Positions 33,713 through 35,517 of a DNA stretch of 35,517 nt are shown here, piece by piece (position 1 is the stretch's first letter; every line of letters starts with the position of its first letter). The DNA lies in contig NC_069003.1 in assembly GCF_001194135.2 (NCBI RefSeq), positions 30,414,385-30,449,901 of the forward strand, written 5' to 3'. A program made the position numbers and the translations under genes. Source of the DNA: Octopus bimaculoides. Taxonomy: Eukaryota. The notes under the pieces are model-generated. The model was given only the letters and a program-made list of their open reading frames with translations. It was not told the DNA's origin and searched no databases.

Positions 33713-33869
33713 CAGGCATAAGAAATTTGCAACTGTGCAGGACATTCTGAATGGCAGGCCTAGAAAAACATTTTTAAATTACTTCAAAATTTCTATTAAT
33801 TGTGTGACCTGCGTGAGGATGAGCCATACCTCACATAGCCCACCCCTTGGAAAAAGTTGGCCATGCCTG
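33713..33869. mobile_element. Possible hAT-type MITE
   Basis: Ends caggcataagaaattt ... aaaaagttggccatgcctg (CAGGCAT inverted termini, extended by flanking ta.at); no clean 8-bp TSD. Confidence 0.4.
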
Positions 33870-34077
33870 ATGTAAGATAACTTGTCCTGTTGTGTATGAT
33901 CAGATTAATTCAGTTTAGTGGTCTTGACAACTCTTGTAATTCCCAGTGTTCAAATCCCTAGTGGTCCACATAGATATAGATACAGTGGGTTCATACATGT
34001 GCTTGATAAAACAAGTGATCTCTGGATTAGTTTTGTCTGATAGCCAGAACCATTGGATGAGCATAATAGGATGATAC

Positions 34078-34267
34078 CCGAGTGGTTGTGTGGTAAGACA
34101 CTTGCTTCCCAACCGCGTCGTTCCAAGTTCAGTCCCACTGCGTGGCACCTTGGACAAGGACAAGTCTCTTCTATTATAGTATGAGAGAGACCAGGACCTT
34201 GTGAGTGGATTTGATAGACGGAAACTGAAAGAAGCCCGTCATATATATATAAATATATGTATGTATG
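34078..34267 (+). mobile_element. SINE family A 5' half; its last 119 nt are repeated identically at 34489-34607
   Basis: gagtggttgtgtggtaagacacttgcttccc..gtgagtggatttgatagacggaaactgaaagaagcccgtc. Confidence 0.88.
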
Positions 34268-34284
34268 TATATATATATATATAT

Positions 34285-34442
34285 GGGAGAATGTACGAAA
34301 AAACAACAACAGACGAGGACAGGTGGTGTAAATAACAAAAGGATGTATTAGTATGACGCTCAGGAATACGGAAAGTCTTTGACGTTTCGAGCTACGCTCT
34401 TCAACAGAAAGAATACAGAGACAAGGAGAAAAACACGGATAT
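34285..34442 (-). mobile_element. Penelope-like (PLE) terminal-repeat-type fragment inserted in (TA)n
   Basis: Non-SINE sequence beginning abruptly after (TA)n and running into a gap; carries a minimal hammerhead motif characteristic of PLE repeats. Confidence 0.5.
34376..34412 (-). ncRNA. Minimal type I hammerhead ribozyme-like motif (variant core CUGUUGA)
   Basis: Minus strand: ucuuu-CUGUUGA-a-gagc(gua)gcuc-GAAAC-GUC-aaaga. Stem I ucuuu/aaaga, stem II gagc/gcuc, palindromic ACGU stem III, GUC cleavage triplet. Confidence 0.6.
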
Positions 34443-34944
34443 NNNNNNNNNNNNNNNNNNNNNNNNNNNNNNNNNNNNNNNNNNNNNNCTTGGACAAGGA
34501 CAAGTCTCTTCTATTATAGTATGAGAGAGACCAGGACCTTGTGAGTGGATTTGATAGACGGAAACTGAAAGAAGCCCGTCATATATATATAAATATATGT
34601 ATGTATGCGTTGTAAATATAGAAATGTGAACGCATGCGCTCTGTTGTATATGTCATTAAGTTGTATGTTGTGTTAACAGCTGAACAGAGATAGAGAGTTG
34701 GCGGGGGGGGGGGGCTAGGGTGAACGAACAGGGACTGTTGAAGAAAGGACAACACAGACTGAGAGACTGGAATGCTGTGGTGCTTCTATGAAATACGTTC
34801 CTGTAAATGTTTCTATGGCAACAGACCACCACCGCTATCGTCATCTCTTTGCTTCTGAGCAAAAGAATCTAATCCCCGTAAGACCACCACAACTAAAACA
34901 ACACTGTCTCTTTTCACCACCATCCAATTGATAGAGAGAGATAG

Positions 34945-35345
34945 GTGCTTCTATGTGGTCGCTCGGCATGCTAGAAATAGTAACCAAATCTCTTAAATTC
35001 TTACTGTAGTTAGTGTCTTATTGAAAAAGAAGGGTAGAGGAGCCTCTATGTAGTCGCTCAACATGCTGGAAATAGCTGCCAAATTGCCCTTAAATTTCGC
35101 AGGTGTTTTTTTTTTCTTTTTATCATTGACAAAAGGGTAGAGAAGCCTCTCTGTGGTCGCTCAACATGCTGGAAATAGCAACCAAATCTCCCTCAGATTC
35201 TTACTGTGGTGTCATATTGAAAAAAGGAAATATAGAGTAGCCTCTTATCTGGTCGTTTGACTTGCTAGAAATAGCAACCAAATCTCAAATGTTCACTGCA
35301 GTATCTTTTTTGCTTGATCAAGGAAGGGTAGATGACCCTCTATAG
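34945..35345 (+). repeat. Tandem array of four and a half ~95-103 bp units of repeat family C
   Basis: (g/a)gtcg..ca(c/t)/gcatgct(a/g)gaaatag..(a/g)ccaaat-type blocks recur at 34957, 35052, 35155 and 35251; a partial fifth unit (gggtagatgaccctctat) lies at about 35326. Confidence 0.85.
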
Positions 35346-35349
35346 CCTG

Positions 35350-35460
35350 GTGCTTATTCTCTCGAGCTCTTTTGCCAAACCGTTAAGTAACGGGGACATA
35401 AACACACCAAGATCGATTGTCAAGTGATGAGGAAGGGAACAAACAGACACTAACACTCAC
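35350..35460 (-). mobile_element. SINE family A internal fragment
   Basis: ctcttttgccaaaccgttaagtaacggggacataaacacaccaagatcgattgtcaag. Confidence 0.8.
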
Positions 35461-35465
35461 ACACA

Positions 35466-35517
<52 letters not shown>

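Overview
Repeat-saturated, AT-rich eukaryotic DNA with 12 N-gaps and abundant (TA)n/(CA)n/(TAA)n microsatellites. The repeat families and the draft-assembly pattern look like an octopus (coleoid cephalopod) genome; this is inference from remembered repeat sequences, not a search. Most of the window is intronic or intergenic. Two tRNA-headed SINE families dominate (called A and B here, together more than 30 full or partial copies). Other mobile DNA includes several MITEs (mariner-, Tigger-, piggyBac- and hAT-like), a Helentron-type element and a decayed 3' fragment of a Rex3/Expander-like RTE LINE. Almost all ORFs in the supplied track are microsatellite or N-gap artefacts. The only plausible host coding sequence is a weak, unidentified + strand exon set near 11.9-12.6 kb. 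The most unusual signals are: a minimal Penelope-type hammerhead ribozyme motif (34376-34412, minus); a fold-back element with perfect 36-bp arms around head-to-head TTAGGG/CCCTAA repeats (6430-6617); a five-unit array of length-conserved 70-nt cores separated by variable TG-rich spacers (20251-20838); and a pri-miRNA-like hairpin with strand-biased G-U pairs (31291-31389). Ends of degenerate repeats are approximate (about +/-10 nt).
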